Shown here: piece after piece, positions 28,444-41,000 of the stretch
How positions within the stretch are numbered: position 1 is the first letter of the stretch
Layout: each line of letters begins with the position of its first letter
Assembly (NCBI GenBank): GCA_965644295.1
Contig: CBFFRP010000405.1
Location: 142,741 to 206,740, forward strand
Length of the DNA: 64,000 nt
Source of the DNA: Paraphysomonas bandaiensis
Taxonomy: Eukaryota > Protista > Chrysophyceae
Direction: 5' to 3'
Program-made: the position numbers and the translations under genes
The notes under the pieces: generated by a model
What the model saw: the letters and a program-made list of their open reading frames with translations, nothing else
Databases searched by the model: none
What the model was told of the DNA's origin: nothing

Positions 28444-29753
28444 ATGGAACTTCTTGAAAGAGCGAGAAAGGGAATGTCAGACTCGGAGAAGAGTTTGCTC
28501 AGTGGTGGTATTGCTGGGTCTGTTGGCAAGACGTGTACAGCTCCCTTAAGTAGAATAACAGTTTTGCTGCAAGTGAGCGCCGGACGCCTCAGTCCACAAG
28601 ACTCCTACGGTATGTCGTCGTTGACCCGAACTTGGACGGCAATTCATAAGGAGGAGGGTTTTCGAGCATTTTGGAAAGGAAATTTAGTGTCTATTATTCA
28701 CAGGTTCCCTTATTCAGCAATTAATTTTGCTATGTATGAAAGATTTCGTGATATGTTGTGCAAAGGAGGTAGGCTGTCGTAGAGTGCCCATTTTTGTTTC
28801 ATGATGTGTGTGACAGAGAGGCGTGTGTCTGAAACACCTCTTGTTCGCCTTGCTTGTGGAGGAGCGGCTGGGGTTGTAGCCTGTGGAGCGTGTTATCCTC
28901 TAGATCTTATTAAAACTAGGTTAATTGTAGACAAATATGGACACTACACTGGTATAATGCATGCACTTCGAAAAGTAATACAAGAGGAGGGCATTTTCGG
29001 TCTATATAGAGGTATGAGGAAGTATATGTAGCATTACCATCTAAATTTGTTTTTCCAGGGCTATCGACAGCCATAGTAGTGGTGGCACCGACCCTTGCCA
29101 TAAATTACTCAGTTTATGGCACCCTTAAAGAATACATTATACACAATAAAGTAGGCAACCTCTATTCGAATTCCACATCTCAACTTACAACTGTTGGGGG
29201 ACTTTCCTGTGGGTGCGCCTCAGGTATTACGCCCACCCTGAATAAAATATATAAACTTCTTTTCTGTGTTCTTTTTTTGCTTATCACTTACCTGTTAGGA
29301 GTGTTGTCATCTCTCCTTATGTTTCCCGTCGATCTTGTGAGGCGTCGATTACAAGTACAAGGCTTCGATCACAGCTGTACTACTATATCGAAAAAGAAAA
29401 TTAGTTGCAGTACAACAATAGGTATGTATTTTGTACAACAATAGTGATGTCTTGGTTTTTCTCACAACCTTTAATAGCCTCTAGATATGCATCCGCTTCA
29501 CTGGAAGATAGGTCCGCGGCCAGAACAAGTATTTACAAACGGCATGGCGCTCTTGCGGAGTTCTCGAACGTTTTGCGGTGAGAATGCATCTTTCTATCTT
29601 AGTTTATACTAATGGTAATTTAGTGAGAGTGGTGTCAGGGGTCTCTATCGAGGGATAGTCCCTGAACTTCTTAAAGTTACACCCATGGTTAGCATTACGT
29701 TTTGTGCATTTGAAATGTGTTCAGAAATACTAAAAACAGAATCTAGGTTATAA
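28444..29753 (+). CDS. Mitochondrial substrate carrier (SLC25), nucleotide/CoA-carrier-like group, multi-exon
   Basis: Three carrier repeats: GKTCTAPLSRITV...EEGFRAFWKGN; CYPLDLIKTR...EEGIFGLYRG; FPVDLVRRRLQ...GVRGLYRGIVPELLKVTP. Stop TAA at 29751-29753. Confidence 0.9.
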
Positions 29754-30056
29754 TATTTTCTAGACTGTATTGTTAATATGTTATTAAGCGCATTTGATTT
29801 ATTCCCACTCATTTTCTTTTAGCAAGGTAGTATTCTAACTTCGTTTTCCGCAATCTAGGGTTATGTAGACTTCTCTCTATAATATTTCTGAAACCACACA
29901 TAAAGGCAATACACGTCATACTAAACTCACATTTCATAGGACGAGTTCACAGTAGATACTTCCCGTATTAGAATGTAGACATATGTGTGAGATTTGGACA
30001 CCGGATACTCCAAATGAAGAAAGCACACGCATATGTTTGCGTATATTAAGAGCTAT

Positions 30057-30161
30057 TTATATATGTTTAGTCATACGATCTAAGAGGCAAATAAAGTCGT
30101 CAAATTCACTGCTTTCGTAAACCATTGAGCCTGTTGCTGGAAACTCATCTTCTTCAGCCAT
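30057..30161 (-). pseudogene. 3' end of the WW-like host gene, cut off by the Plavaka/CMC transposon
   Basis: Reads MAEEDEFPATGSMVYESSEFDDFICLLDRMTKHI*, in frame with ...GLDPTM at 36504 once the element and one TSD copy are removed. Confidence 0.8.
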
Positions 30162-30183
30162 CATCGGTGGGACTCCCGCTGAG

Positions 30184-30526
30184 TACCTATAGGTACCTAC
30201 CTATAGGTATACCTATAGGTACTTTTATAATTAAAATCGAAGGTACCTATTAGGTACCTCTGTCTACCTATAGGTACATTTTTGAGCAATAGGTGGTACC
30301 TAAAGGTTTTCGAATAGGTACCACCTATAGCTACCCAGTATACCTATAGGTACCCCCTAATACACGTACCTATTCGTCTCCCTATAGGTGGTACCTATGA
30401 CCTCTAGATTTCCTACTGATAGGTATCCCTATTTATATTAAAATGTACCTATAGGTACTGCCTACATGTATCAATACTACCTATAGGTACTACCTAAAAA
30501 TATAATACCAATACTACCTATAGGTA
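30184..30526. repeat. Left subterminal array of the palindrome (T)ACCTATAGGT(A)
   Basis: Many perfect and degenerate copies, e.g. at 30185, 30199, 30211, 30266, 30342, 30447, 30479 and 30516. Confidence 0.95.
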
Positions 30527-30788
30527 CTATAATTAGCAATAATAAACACAGTATAATATATATATTGCAAAGTAGAAAAAGCAAGCAATGCAGATCTGTA
30601 ATCATGAATGAGTAGACAAACTATGTATTCAATTAATATAGACGGCATTAACATAGTTCGAAGTAAAAATTAACGGCAATTACTACTTAGAACCTACAAA
30701 ATACATACCACGACAAATTTGAACCACATCGTAAGCTAGCTCCCAATCACCTGCTAAGAAGTAGAAGCATTGTGCACTTCAGAAGCCT

Positions 30789-32327
30789 TCACCGCCAATC
30801 TGAAGTTAACAGGGAAGTATCGTCATTGTTCAGACTGTCGTCGTCCTTCTTCGACTTCCCCAACGTTTGAACCATACCCCAACGTTTGAACCATACTAAC
30901 CTTTCATTCTTGAAAAAATTCAAATCACTGTCACTTATCACAAGCTCACGCCGGGAATCCCGAATAGGATTCATACCGTCGGTCGCTCTGGAGCAAATTT
31001 CAGATGTCCATGCTTCTCGTGGAGGACCTAAAAGCATTTGTTGAGCCGTTGACTCAACCATGATGCTAGTCTGGTCCATAAAGGCCTCAGGATCTTCATT
31101 TTCATCGAAATCGTAGGCTCCAATCATGATGCATACTGCCTCAATGGCAGTCTGCATATATGACCCCTTGTTGTCCACTTGATACTTTCGTGGACTAATA
31201 CCTTTTCAACAGAATTACATCAATTGGCACAATATAATAAATACTTACCATTTTCCAATACTTCGGCTAATTCCCGTCTAAATGATGCAGTCGCCCACAA
31301 AGGCTGTGTGGAGAACAGCTTGGCGTGACAACATCTAATCTTGGTCTTCAAATTACACGACAATTTGCGAATATACTTCTTGACATACCTGCAATGATAT
31401 TAGAAAAAAGTAAATAATATGAGCAGTATATACTTGCACGCCGAAAATGCAGACACCACCTCACTTGCTAACAATTTTTCATCAGCTTGCAAAGCACCTT
31501 CTTTATAAGCGAGAGATAATGCCTACTAGTGTGTTATTCACAATAATAATATAATAGTAGCAGATGACTGGGCACTGTAAAATGCGATGCGGCACGATAT
31601 ATATATTATGCTGTACTGTATGATATGATATATATATAACGTAATGATACAATAATGAATGGTATAAAATATATGTTATACGATATCATAATATTTGATA
31701 TGGTTGTTCAAAAAACACAAGAGGTATCTAATACAATGATAGATATGAAATGTATAATATAACGGTGTACGATATGTTAATACATGATAAAAGGAGGATG
31801 GTATTTGATGATGTGAGGGTATACAATATATGATGATATGTGATGCTATATGATTCAAGATATGTGGCAGAGAAAACAACATGAATAACCTTGTTATGAG
31901 GAGCTTGAGTTGCAACCCCCTCCTTTGAAATCACCACCAAAATCAGCTGAATCAGTAGGTCGAAGTGCTCTTCCACTGAAACCACATCTCCTGTGTCCAG
32001 TTTAACAAAGAGACGTTCATACATCATCTCTTTGTGATAAGCACGGAATCCTGGAAGAGTGGAGAGTTTTTCGGCGCTCTGGCGTCCAATGCACAGCTCA
32101 TTCGTTGTGAGAACCGTCGCCAATATCCTGGACTGGACTTTCTTATGCCTGAAAGTCGTGTACACTGTCGAGTTGGACGAAGAGTTACATGGAGGCATCC
32201 TGGCTTCTCGAGGTGAAGCATCTGACTGTTCGGCGGCGAAGTTGTCGTCCACGATGGATTGCTGTTGACAAGGCCTTTTCTGTGCCCTCGCAGACACAGC
32301 AGATGCAGTTCGTTTTCGCAGGGGCAT
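30789..32327 (-). CDS. Transposon accessory gene (multi-exon, unknown function; candidate TnpA-like partner)
   Basis: ORFs 31728-32327 (basic N-terminus MPLRKRT..KRP) and 30789-31178 plus small exons between them. Lies inside the TIRs, divergent from the transposase. Splice model uncertain. Confidence 0.55.
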
Positions 32328-32640
32328 CTCAGAGTAAATTGTGGCATTAAGTCACCATGAATTCACATGTTTGAAATTCAAATATTCGCATACTCTCTGA
32401 ATATATTCACATACTCACACTTCGCCTCTTTGCTTCTTTCTTTCATATATGTAGTTATGTGATGCACTTCTTCGAAGTCAACTTCGAGAGAAGTCCAGGA
32501 AGTGTGTGCTATAATCGTGCACTCGTTTTTATATACTAGGAATTTCCTACTGTACGCACAGTACGGAGCAGAGTACAACACTGTAGTATACTGCTGTACC
32601 GTATAACAGATAGCAGTAGATACGATCGTAGCAGTATATT

Positions 32641-35600
32641 ATGGACAGCTTGTGGAAATGCGCAATATGTCAGGGAATATTCAGTTCAAGTCAGAGTCTG
32701 GGGAACCATGGAAGATACTGCTCGCCACTGTCTTCAGAATCAGAGATTTGTACATCAGAGCAGTATTCTAAGAAACGAAAAGCTGCATATGGACCTCAGG
32801 CTTACACTATTCATGATGATTACAATCAAGATGACAGTGGAATTGATGAGTACAGTGACTGTGAGGACTCATCAATTCCTATGTACATGTGGCAACATCA
32901 GAGACTGGAGGAAGCAAGCCCAACTGGAAATACAGAGTTTCCAATCTGTCATCCAGATTATGACGCGGAAGACAAACCACTCTCCACGTATAAGAAGCTC
33001 CAGGAAGTGTTTTACGACAAGTCTTATGGCGTGGATGCATTGGGAGCTATGAATCTTGAAAGCTTTATTGAAGCTGTCAGCACTTCGAGTAATCATAACA
33101 TGTCAGATATTTTGCTTCTCAAGTTGTATGCATTTGGAAGAAAGTGCAAGTTAAGCCGATCTACAGGAGATGCACTTCTGGAATTGATTCGCTTATTCAA
33201 ACCTTGTGAAGAACTTCCAAAATCATGGAAGACAGTTGTGTCGAATTTCAAAAAGAGAACACAACATTACAGATATGTTGAAAAGTCTATAGGTTGGCCA
33301 TCTTCGTGGGAAATGGAATCTTGGAAAATTTCTGGACAGAAACCTGACGAAATCATTGTTCGAGCACGAGACCCATTGGAAATGCTAAGTTATCTGGCCG
33401 TCGACCCGACAATTCAGTTCTCGTGGAAAGAGCACGTTCATTATGATACATTTTCCATGACAGATATTAATACTGGTGAGAACTATGTTGGTGATCTCAT
33501 GTCATCATCCTGGGCGAAGAACACGGAGCGAGTTATACGCCAAGAAAAAAATCCTGAAGGCAAATTAATGCCATGTCTACTGTATCATGACGGGGTTGCT
33601 ATGGGGCATGGTGCCAACATCAAGTCTGTGCCAGTCCTGGGGACATGCGGCAATTTCAGCGATGAGTTAATTCGGAAAAATATTGCAAAGTTTTGCTTAG
33701 GTTTTATTCCTGACATCACAAGCACGATAAGTGTCGAAGCTCTGATTTCTCATTTGATGGAACGTGGAATGAGCCGAACCGCAGCAGGGAAGGAAGTCAG
33801 GTGGTTTAACTTGCACTTGGAAAAAGAATTCTGGAGTATGGTTACGGCTCCTCTCAAAGCTGCTTCTTCTAGAGGTGCAGAGATGTATGTGTTAGGAAAG
33901 GGTTTAATTACCGTTTATACCTTTCATCCTTTTAGCATTGGAGATGACCCGGCCATCCATCGACAGTTTGGCTTATACGAAGGAAATTCCCGCTTTGCAT
34001 GTGTTACATGTGAGTATCCTCTGAGGGCCGGTGTTTTTTATAACCCAGACCTTCATCCGAGGAGAGATGGCAATGCCATTGCTGAACAGTGCCGAAATGT
34101 GAATAGTGGTCAGCTATCAGACAAAGAAGAGAAGTATGTTCGTAAGTTACTTGATAATAGATGCATCATGCCGTTTGTAAACGCCTTCCATCATGCGTTT
34201 ATGGGCTACAACAACCATTGCTTCAATAATCCTCAAGACTTATTTCACCTGTTTTGTGCTGGTATTGCAAAAAGTCTTGTTTTATGGATTCTTAGCGTTG
34301 TTGACAGTATTAGCACAACAGTAGACCGAACATTTCGAAATATTAAGGGCGTGTTGGATGCCAGACTTAAGTTGATGCCTCAGGTTCCTGATATGCCACA
34401 CGTGAATTGGACAGTCTTCAAGAAAGGCTTGATGCACATTATGAGCAATAAAAGTAAAAAGGAAAAGGGTCACTCGACTGGTTCCGGAGGTGGATATAGA
34501 TCAAGTGAATTCATCACGGCACTATTGCAACTTCTGTTTGCGGTATGTTTTTCTAAATTGTATTCTCTATATTATGTGCTTGACATCACCTTTTTACATT
34601 AGATTGGCACGGATGGTCAAGTGCTACCGACAGATACCAACTACAGTTATTGCAGCAAAAATTCACGGCACCTGCGTTTAGGCAATGTAACAAAGAAAGT
34701 GTTACAAGCAATTAAAGCCGTGCTGAACGTCTATTTTGAGTGCAAGAAAAGCTGTTTTACTGATGGTGACATCCTGAATGTGGACCGTATGTGCCACGAT
34801 ATGGTTGCTAAGGTTTTACTGGTATGGGATTTGAAACAAACACTTCTTGGTAACCAGCCATCAAGTCCATTAATGCGCAAACTCCATTCTGTAATGCATC
34901 TTTCACTTAATATTTCCATGTTTGGGGCATTATCAAAGTCTGATGCGGGTACTTGGGAATCAAGCAATCGCTATTTTACAACCGAAAACTGGCGACGCAC
35001 AAGCAGGAGGTATACTTCTTCTAATGTGGAGATGCTAACATTAGCAATATGCCAAGATCATTGTCGAGTACTTGAGTTTATAGCCGCGTGCCACACACAC
35101 GACACTGAATACATAAACTCTCTGAAGCCAGAAATTCCACCGGAGGTCGTTCTAGTTTACCCCATGAGAAATGTCAAACATGTGCGGTTATGTGTTGATG
35201 CTAACCACTCCTTGTTTATTTGTGAAGAAGAAGGAATAGAATTGGAAGAATTTATTGGACACAAGGAATTATCTAGTAACTCCCTTACTGATTTTTGTAA
35301 ACAAGCTCTTGGTGATAAGAACTGGAACTGTTTACAACGTGGTGACATCTCGTTGAAGTTAATACAGGCCCTCACCTACAATGCCAACAAAGAGAGTGGC
35401 ATTGGTAAAGGATCTCATCATGCCATGAAAGGGGCAGAGAGTCGAAAACCACGCTTTGATTTCATATGCATCCAAATGGAAAGTGGAGACATACAAGTTG
35501 CTCAAATAGTATCGATGCTTCAGTTGTCAGCGGCCAACAACACTAAATATCTCTATATTGTTCAATACATGGAAAAATGTACGACCACTATTCTTGACCC

Positions 35601-36018
35601 GTTTTCAAAATATAAGTGGGAGGTACTGCGCTACAACAGGCGACGACAACCTCAGTTTTTTCAGGATATTATTAATTTTGAAAGTATTATTGACACAGCT
35701 TTTATAATACCAGATTCTTCTTGCGATGTCGTCGTGGGTAAGCCTCAAATTTCAGATCGTTTTTGGTTTATTCCGAGGAAGTTTTTTGATCGTTGTGGGT
35801 GGGATGATTTGGATTTTATTAACTGTCATCATATAGAGGGAATGCAACAATATATCAGACAAAATAGCTCCGGTGCAATTGTTCTTGAACGTAATGTGCA
35901 TGGCCACGACAGTCATAACGCAAACAATGAGAGTGGCAGTAGTGACCACTCATCAGAATGTGATAGCAATCCCAGTACTGTTTACAGCACCGGTGACTCT
36001 TCTGACAATGACACATAA
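32641..36018 (+). CDS. Plavaka/CMC-like DDE transposase, 2 exons (intron about 34543-34602)
   Basis: N-terminal Zn-finger-like CAICQ..SLGNHGRYC. Motifs RDPLE, LYHDG, PVLGTCGN, IGDDP, CVTC, QDLFHLFCAG, KLHSVMHL..FG and TWESSNR match the Plavaka/EnSpm-type pattern. No internal stops. Confidence 0.85.
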
Positions 36019-36184
36019 TTAATGTTGCGCGCTTATTATTGATTATGATCATAGAATGCACAGCCATACTTGTTTAGTAATAATAATATATAACAAAAAA
36101 AGATATATTATACTATTCACCGCTGTGTTGCTTGCCTATGTACATTGTGAAACTTAAAACAACATCTGATGGTTCAAAACTCAG

Positions 36185-36485
36185 GTACCTACAGGTTTTC
36201 GTCTTATACCTATAGGCAACGAGTAGCACTACCTATAGATAGTACCTAATCCTTCGATACCTATAGGTGGGACTTGAGGTACCTATAGGTAGGTGCCTAA
36301 CTCTTATCACCTATAGGCAGGGTAGCTAGGTATACCTATAGGTAGTGACAGCTAGGTACCTACCTATAGGTAGGGTCCTTAGGCATGCCTATAGGTGGGT
36401 ACCTATTAGGTGGGTACCTATTAGGTAGGTACCTATTAGGTACCTGCGATGGACCTATAGGTAGGTCGAGCGACCTATAGGTACT
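36185..36485. repeat. Right subterminal array of ACCTATAGGT-type palindromes
   Basis: Numerous ACCTATAGGT and ACCTATTAGGT copies just inside the right TIR. Confidence 0.95.
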
Positions 36486-36503
36486 AAATTCGACCCACCG
36501 ATG

Positions 36504-37056
36504 CATTGTAGGATCGAGTCCAGATCTCTTTACTTCCCTATTTACACTCTCTAGTGTATCGGAGTCATAAGGACAAACCATACTCGTAATTCCGGTAAGT
36601 TTGTGAACCCAAAACACACAACCGGCAAGTGTTTCCTTCACCCACTCATCCTTCTTGGTGTCCTGTGTTCTAATTACCAACATCTTTTTCTTAGATAACG
36701 CCTCTGCTCTTCGAGCAGCGGCGAGTCTTGACGCAGCAACGTCGTCATTATCAACGGACTTCTTGAATTCTAACCGCTGCATCAATTGCACCCCATCTTT
36801 TCTAAGTAAAACCGTGTTTCGTTTCTGTTTTAGGGTCATAAAGTCTTCCAGTGGCTCCAAGGCGCTTTTACCGTGTAAATATTTTCTAAGATAGGAAATG
36901 AAACGACTCGGAACAGCATAATGTCACACGATACCTTCGTCCGCTATAGAAGAAGCCTTTGGAGTAGTCACCTCGATTGCCGAATGGATCACCGAACATC
37001 ACTCTACTCTCGTGTTCGGAACAGCAACTACCCGACTCGACTTGATTGCGTTCCAT
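36504..37056 (-). pseudogene. 5' part of a small WW-like-domain gene interrupted by the transposon
   Basis: MERNQ..GRR, an intron, then KYLHGKSALEPLEDF...DEWVKETLAGCVFWVHKLTGITSMVCP...GLDPTM, followed directly by transposon sequence. Start codon uncertain. Confidence 0.65.
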
Positions 37057-37278
37057 GATTGCAAGGCGCACAACAGAGATGTAATCACGGCATTCGGCTA
37101 TATATAGGAAACTACTAAAGTCAACTGATTCAGGTGTCGATATTCCCCAAGCAAAGTTAAGTAAGTTAGTTGAATCTTTCTCTCCGTGAGGTTGGATTCA
37201 GCAAAGCAACAAAAAAAAGAAACGCATGTCCATCATCTTGTGTATGGCGCTGCTGTTTAGCGTGTATACGGTACACAC

Positions 37279-37282
<4 letters not shown>

Positions 37283-37311
<29 letters not shown>

Positions 37312-37929
37312 TGTATGTATGTATGTATGTATGTATGTATGTATGTATGTATGTATGTATGTATGTATGTATGTATGTATGTATGTATGTATGTATGTAT
37401 GTATGTATGTATGTATGTATGTATGTATGTATGTATGTATGTATGTATGTATGTATGTATGTATGTATGTATGTATGTATGTATGTATGTATGTATGTAT
37501 GTATGTATGTATGTATGTATGTATGTATGTATGTATGTATGTATGTATGTATGTATGTATGTATGTATGTATGTGTGTATGTATGTATGTATGTATGTAT
37601 GTATGTATGTATGTATGTATGTATGTATGTATGTATGTATGTATGTATGTATGTATGTATGTATGTATGTATGTATGTATGTATGTATGTATGTATGTAT
37701 GTATGTATGTATGTATGTATGTATGTATGTATGTATGTATGTATGTATTATGTATGTATGTATGTATGTATGTATGTATGTATGTATGTATGTATGTATG
37801 TATGTATGTATGTATGTATGTATGTATGTATGTATGTATGTATGTATGTATGTATGTATGTATGTATGTATGTATGTATGTATGTATGTATGTATGTATG
37901 TATGTATGTATGTATGTATGTATGTATGT
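37283..37929. repeat. (GTAT)n / (ATAC)n tetranucleotide microsatellite, about 650 bp
   Basis: Near-perfect tandem GTAT with only two visible interruptions (about 37575 and 37749). The CMYV/HTYI ORFs are artefacts of it. Confidence 0.99.
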
Positions 37930-38054
37930 TAATGTATTGGGCTGAGATGGCTGCAATAAGATAGAGGGAGGACTTGACTTTCCATTGCCATTGGGACGAA
38001 ACAATGCACATATAAATAGAACCATCATCGTCAGGATCACGATATCTATCTATA

Positions 38055-41000
38055 ATGGCTGAAGCATTTCAACGCAATAAGCTCTATGAGTATCGCGCTA
38101 ACTCGAATCTAGTGCTCGAGGCGGATAGAGAAGTGCGCAGAAGAGCAGATGAGGCCACTGGTGAGGTCGAGACATTGCACGGTAAACTAGGATCTGTGCG
38201 TATGGGAGATCGACTGGAGAGAGATAAGCATGAGGATTTAAATGATCGTATTAAAAAAGCGCACGCAAAGAGACAGTTAGAAGAAGCCAATAGAGAGGAG
38301 AGCAAGAGGAAGAAGAAGAACTCGGGAGGAGTTTTCATTGCAGGGAAGGGATCCAATGTTCTCTCTGTCACTGAAAATATGGACTCAATTAATTATCGCC
38401 CTAAAACTAGAGAGTCGCGTGCGGCCTACGAGGAAATGCTTAGTTTTATTCAAATATCACTCGGCGATCAACCACAAGATATATTGATGGGTGCTGCTGA
38501 GGAGGTACTCTCTATTCTCAAGGATGATTCGATGCGTGACCCTGATAGACATAGAGAAATTGAAAAAATTCTTTCTCGCATTCCTTCTGATAAATTCAGT
38601 AAATTAGTGAACCTTGGTAAGCAAATAACTGATTTTAATATGGGCGGAAACGAAGAGGAAGAGACCACCCGTATGGACGAAGGTGTCGGGGTAGCAGTTG
38701 TGTTTGATGATGATGAAGACGACATGAACGAAGACCTGAGTGAGGAGCATGATAGTGACGAAGATGACGATGGTGGTGTCGAGGCAATGGGGGGATCGCA
38801 ACTGAAGGGCGTGGACGATGAGGACATGGATGCAGATATTGATAGTCAAGTCACACTTTCGGTACATGATATTGACGCTCATTGGCTGCAGAGACAACTT
38901 TCAAAGTTCTATAATGACGCAAATGTATCTGCTAAACTTGCTGAAGATACGCTGAATGTTCTCCAGATTTCCGACGAAAGAGGATGTGAAAATCAACTTG
39001 TCGTGTTACTCGACTTCAATAAATTTGATTTTATTAAGCTACTGTTGCGAAATCGCGCCAAAATACTCTATTGCACAAAATTGAAGCAAGCTCAAAGTGA
39101 CGCCGAGCGTGAAGCTATTGAAGTAGAAATGCGGGCTGATGTTGAGGGAGGTGGGGCTGCAATTCTCGATCAGCTCCAACAGACAGCTACTGCTGAAAGT
39201 TGGGCAGCGGATCGTATTGGAGAGTTCGCGAACAAGGCGCGTCGGGAAGCCCGGGCCCTCAATCGATCTGGAGGAGATATTCGAGGTAGCGATGAGGTGG
39301 AGGAGACTGTTGGAGGGGTGGCTGCAATTCAGAACGGTCGTGGGAGTGGAGCCGGCACTGAGAAAACGCTGGACCTCGACAGCCTTCAGTTTGCTGAAGG
39401 TGGGCACCTGATGTCTAATAGCCGGTGTGAACTACCGGAGAAGAGTTGGAGGGCACAGAAGAAAGGATATGAGGAGGTTCATGTGCCGGCCTTACGTCCG
39501 ATAATATCGTCAAAGGAGAAACTTGTTCAGGAAACAGATCTCCCGGTATGGTGCCAGCCAGCTTTTACCGGTGTCAAAGCACTAAACCGAATCCAGAGCC
39601 GCATGGTGGAGTCTGCTCTCAAGGGGTCAGATAACATTCTTCTGTGTGCACCTACTGGAGCCGGGAAAACCAACGTGGCGCTGATGTGCATGCTAAGTGT
39701 GATGAGTCAGTATCGTAAAGATGATGGAAGTATAGACCTTGATGGTTTTAAGATAGTTTACGTGGCACCCATGAAAGCCCTTGTGCAGGAAGTAGTTCAA
39801 AATTTTAGCAAGAAACTAGCTCCGTTTGGAATAACGGTGAGAGAATTATCAGGAGATCAGAATCTAACCCGACAACGAATACAAGAAACACAGCTGATTG
39901 TCACTACTCCTGAGAAGTGGGACATTGTGACGCGTAAGGCAGGGGATAGGGCATACACTCAGTTAGTGCGTTTAATGATTATCGATGAGATTCATCTACT
40001 TCACGATGATAGGGGACCGGTGCTGGAGGCATTGGTCGCTCGAACCATTCGGCAGATAGAAACTACCCAGGACATGGTCAGGATGGTGGGACTGTCAGCT
40101 ACTCTTCCCAACTTCGAAGATGTTGCTACTTTCTTGCGCGTTGACCCGGAAAAGGGGTTATTTTTCTTTGATAACTCCTTCCGTCCTGTTCCCCTACAAC
40201 AGCAGTACATTGGAGTGACGGAGAAAAAGGCTCTCAAACGTTTCCAGCTTATGAATGAGATTTGCTATGAGAAAGTACTTCAGCATGCGGGTAGAAATCA
40301 GGTGCTGATATTTACTCATTCGCGGGCGGAAACGGCTAAAACAGCACGTGCTTTGCGAGATATGGCAATGGACAACGATGCATTGTCGCAGTTTGTTAAA
40401 GAAGATAGTGCTTCCCGTGAAATTCTTCGAGAAGAGGGAGAAGCTGCCAAAAACCCCGACCTCAAGGATCTACTCCCACATGGATTCGCAATTCATCATG
40501 CTGGACTAGTACGCTCAGACCGCACCTTGGTGGAGGATTTGTTTGCAGACAAGCACGTGCAAGTTCTGGTTTCCACAGCAACTCTTGCCTGGGGTGTTAA
40601 TCTCCCCGCACATACAGTTATTCTTAAAGGTACACAAATGTATTCTCCAGAACAAGGACGGTGGGTGGAACTTTCGCCACTTGATATCATGCAGATGATG
40701 GGACGAGCTGGTCGGTACGGAATGGACTCTGAGGGTGAAGGCATCATTATAACTGCTCACTCAGAACTTCAGTACTATCTGTCTCTCATGAATCAACAGT
40801 TACCAATCGAGAGTCAGTTCATAAAGAAACTTCCTGACATGCTGAATGCGGAGATCGTGTTAGGCACTGTACAGTCTGTTCGTGAGGCAGCCTCGTGGCT
40901 GGGATATACGTATCTCTTCATCCGCATGTTAAGAAACCCAGAGATGTACAGCATTTCAGCGGATGAGCTCAACTCTGATCCAGTATTAATGCAAAGAAGA

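Larger units (their letters stand above)
30162..36503. mobile_element. Apparently intact 6342-bp CMC-superfamily (CACTA/Mirage/Chapaev; Plavaka-like) DNA transposon
   Basis: 10-bp TIR CATCGGTGGG (30162-30171) and CCCACCGATG (36494-36503). 3-bp TSD CAT at 30159-30161 and 36504-36506. Dense subterminal ACCTATAGGT palindromes at both ends. Contains a transposase and a divergent second gene. Confidence 0.92.

Noticed and set aside
30184-36485. ACCTATAGGT arrays as a CRISPR-like array
   Set aside because: The repeats are 10-bp palindromes with irregular short spacing at both ends of a TIR/TSD-bounded transposon, and no cas genes are present.
37170-38040. Long ORFs of CMYV/HTYI repeats
   Set aside because: Translation artefacts of the (GTAT)n microsatellite, which has no stops in any frame.
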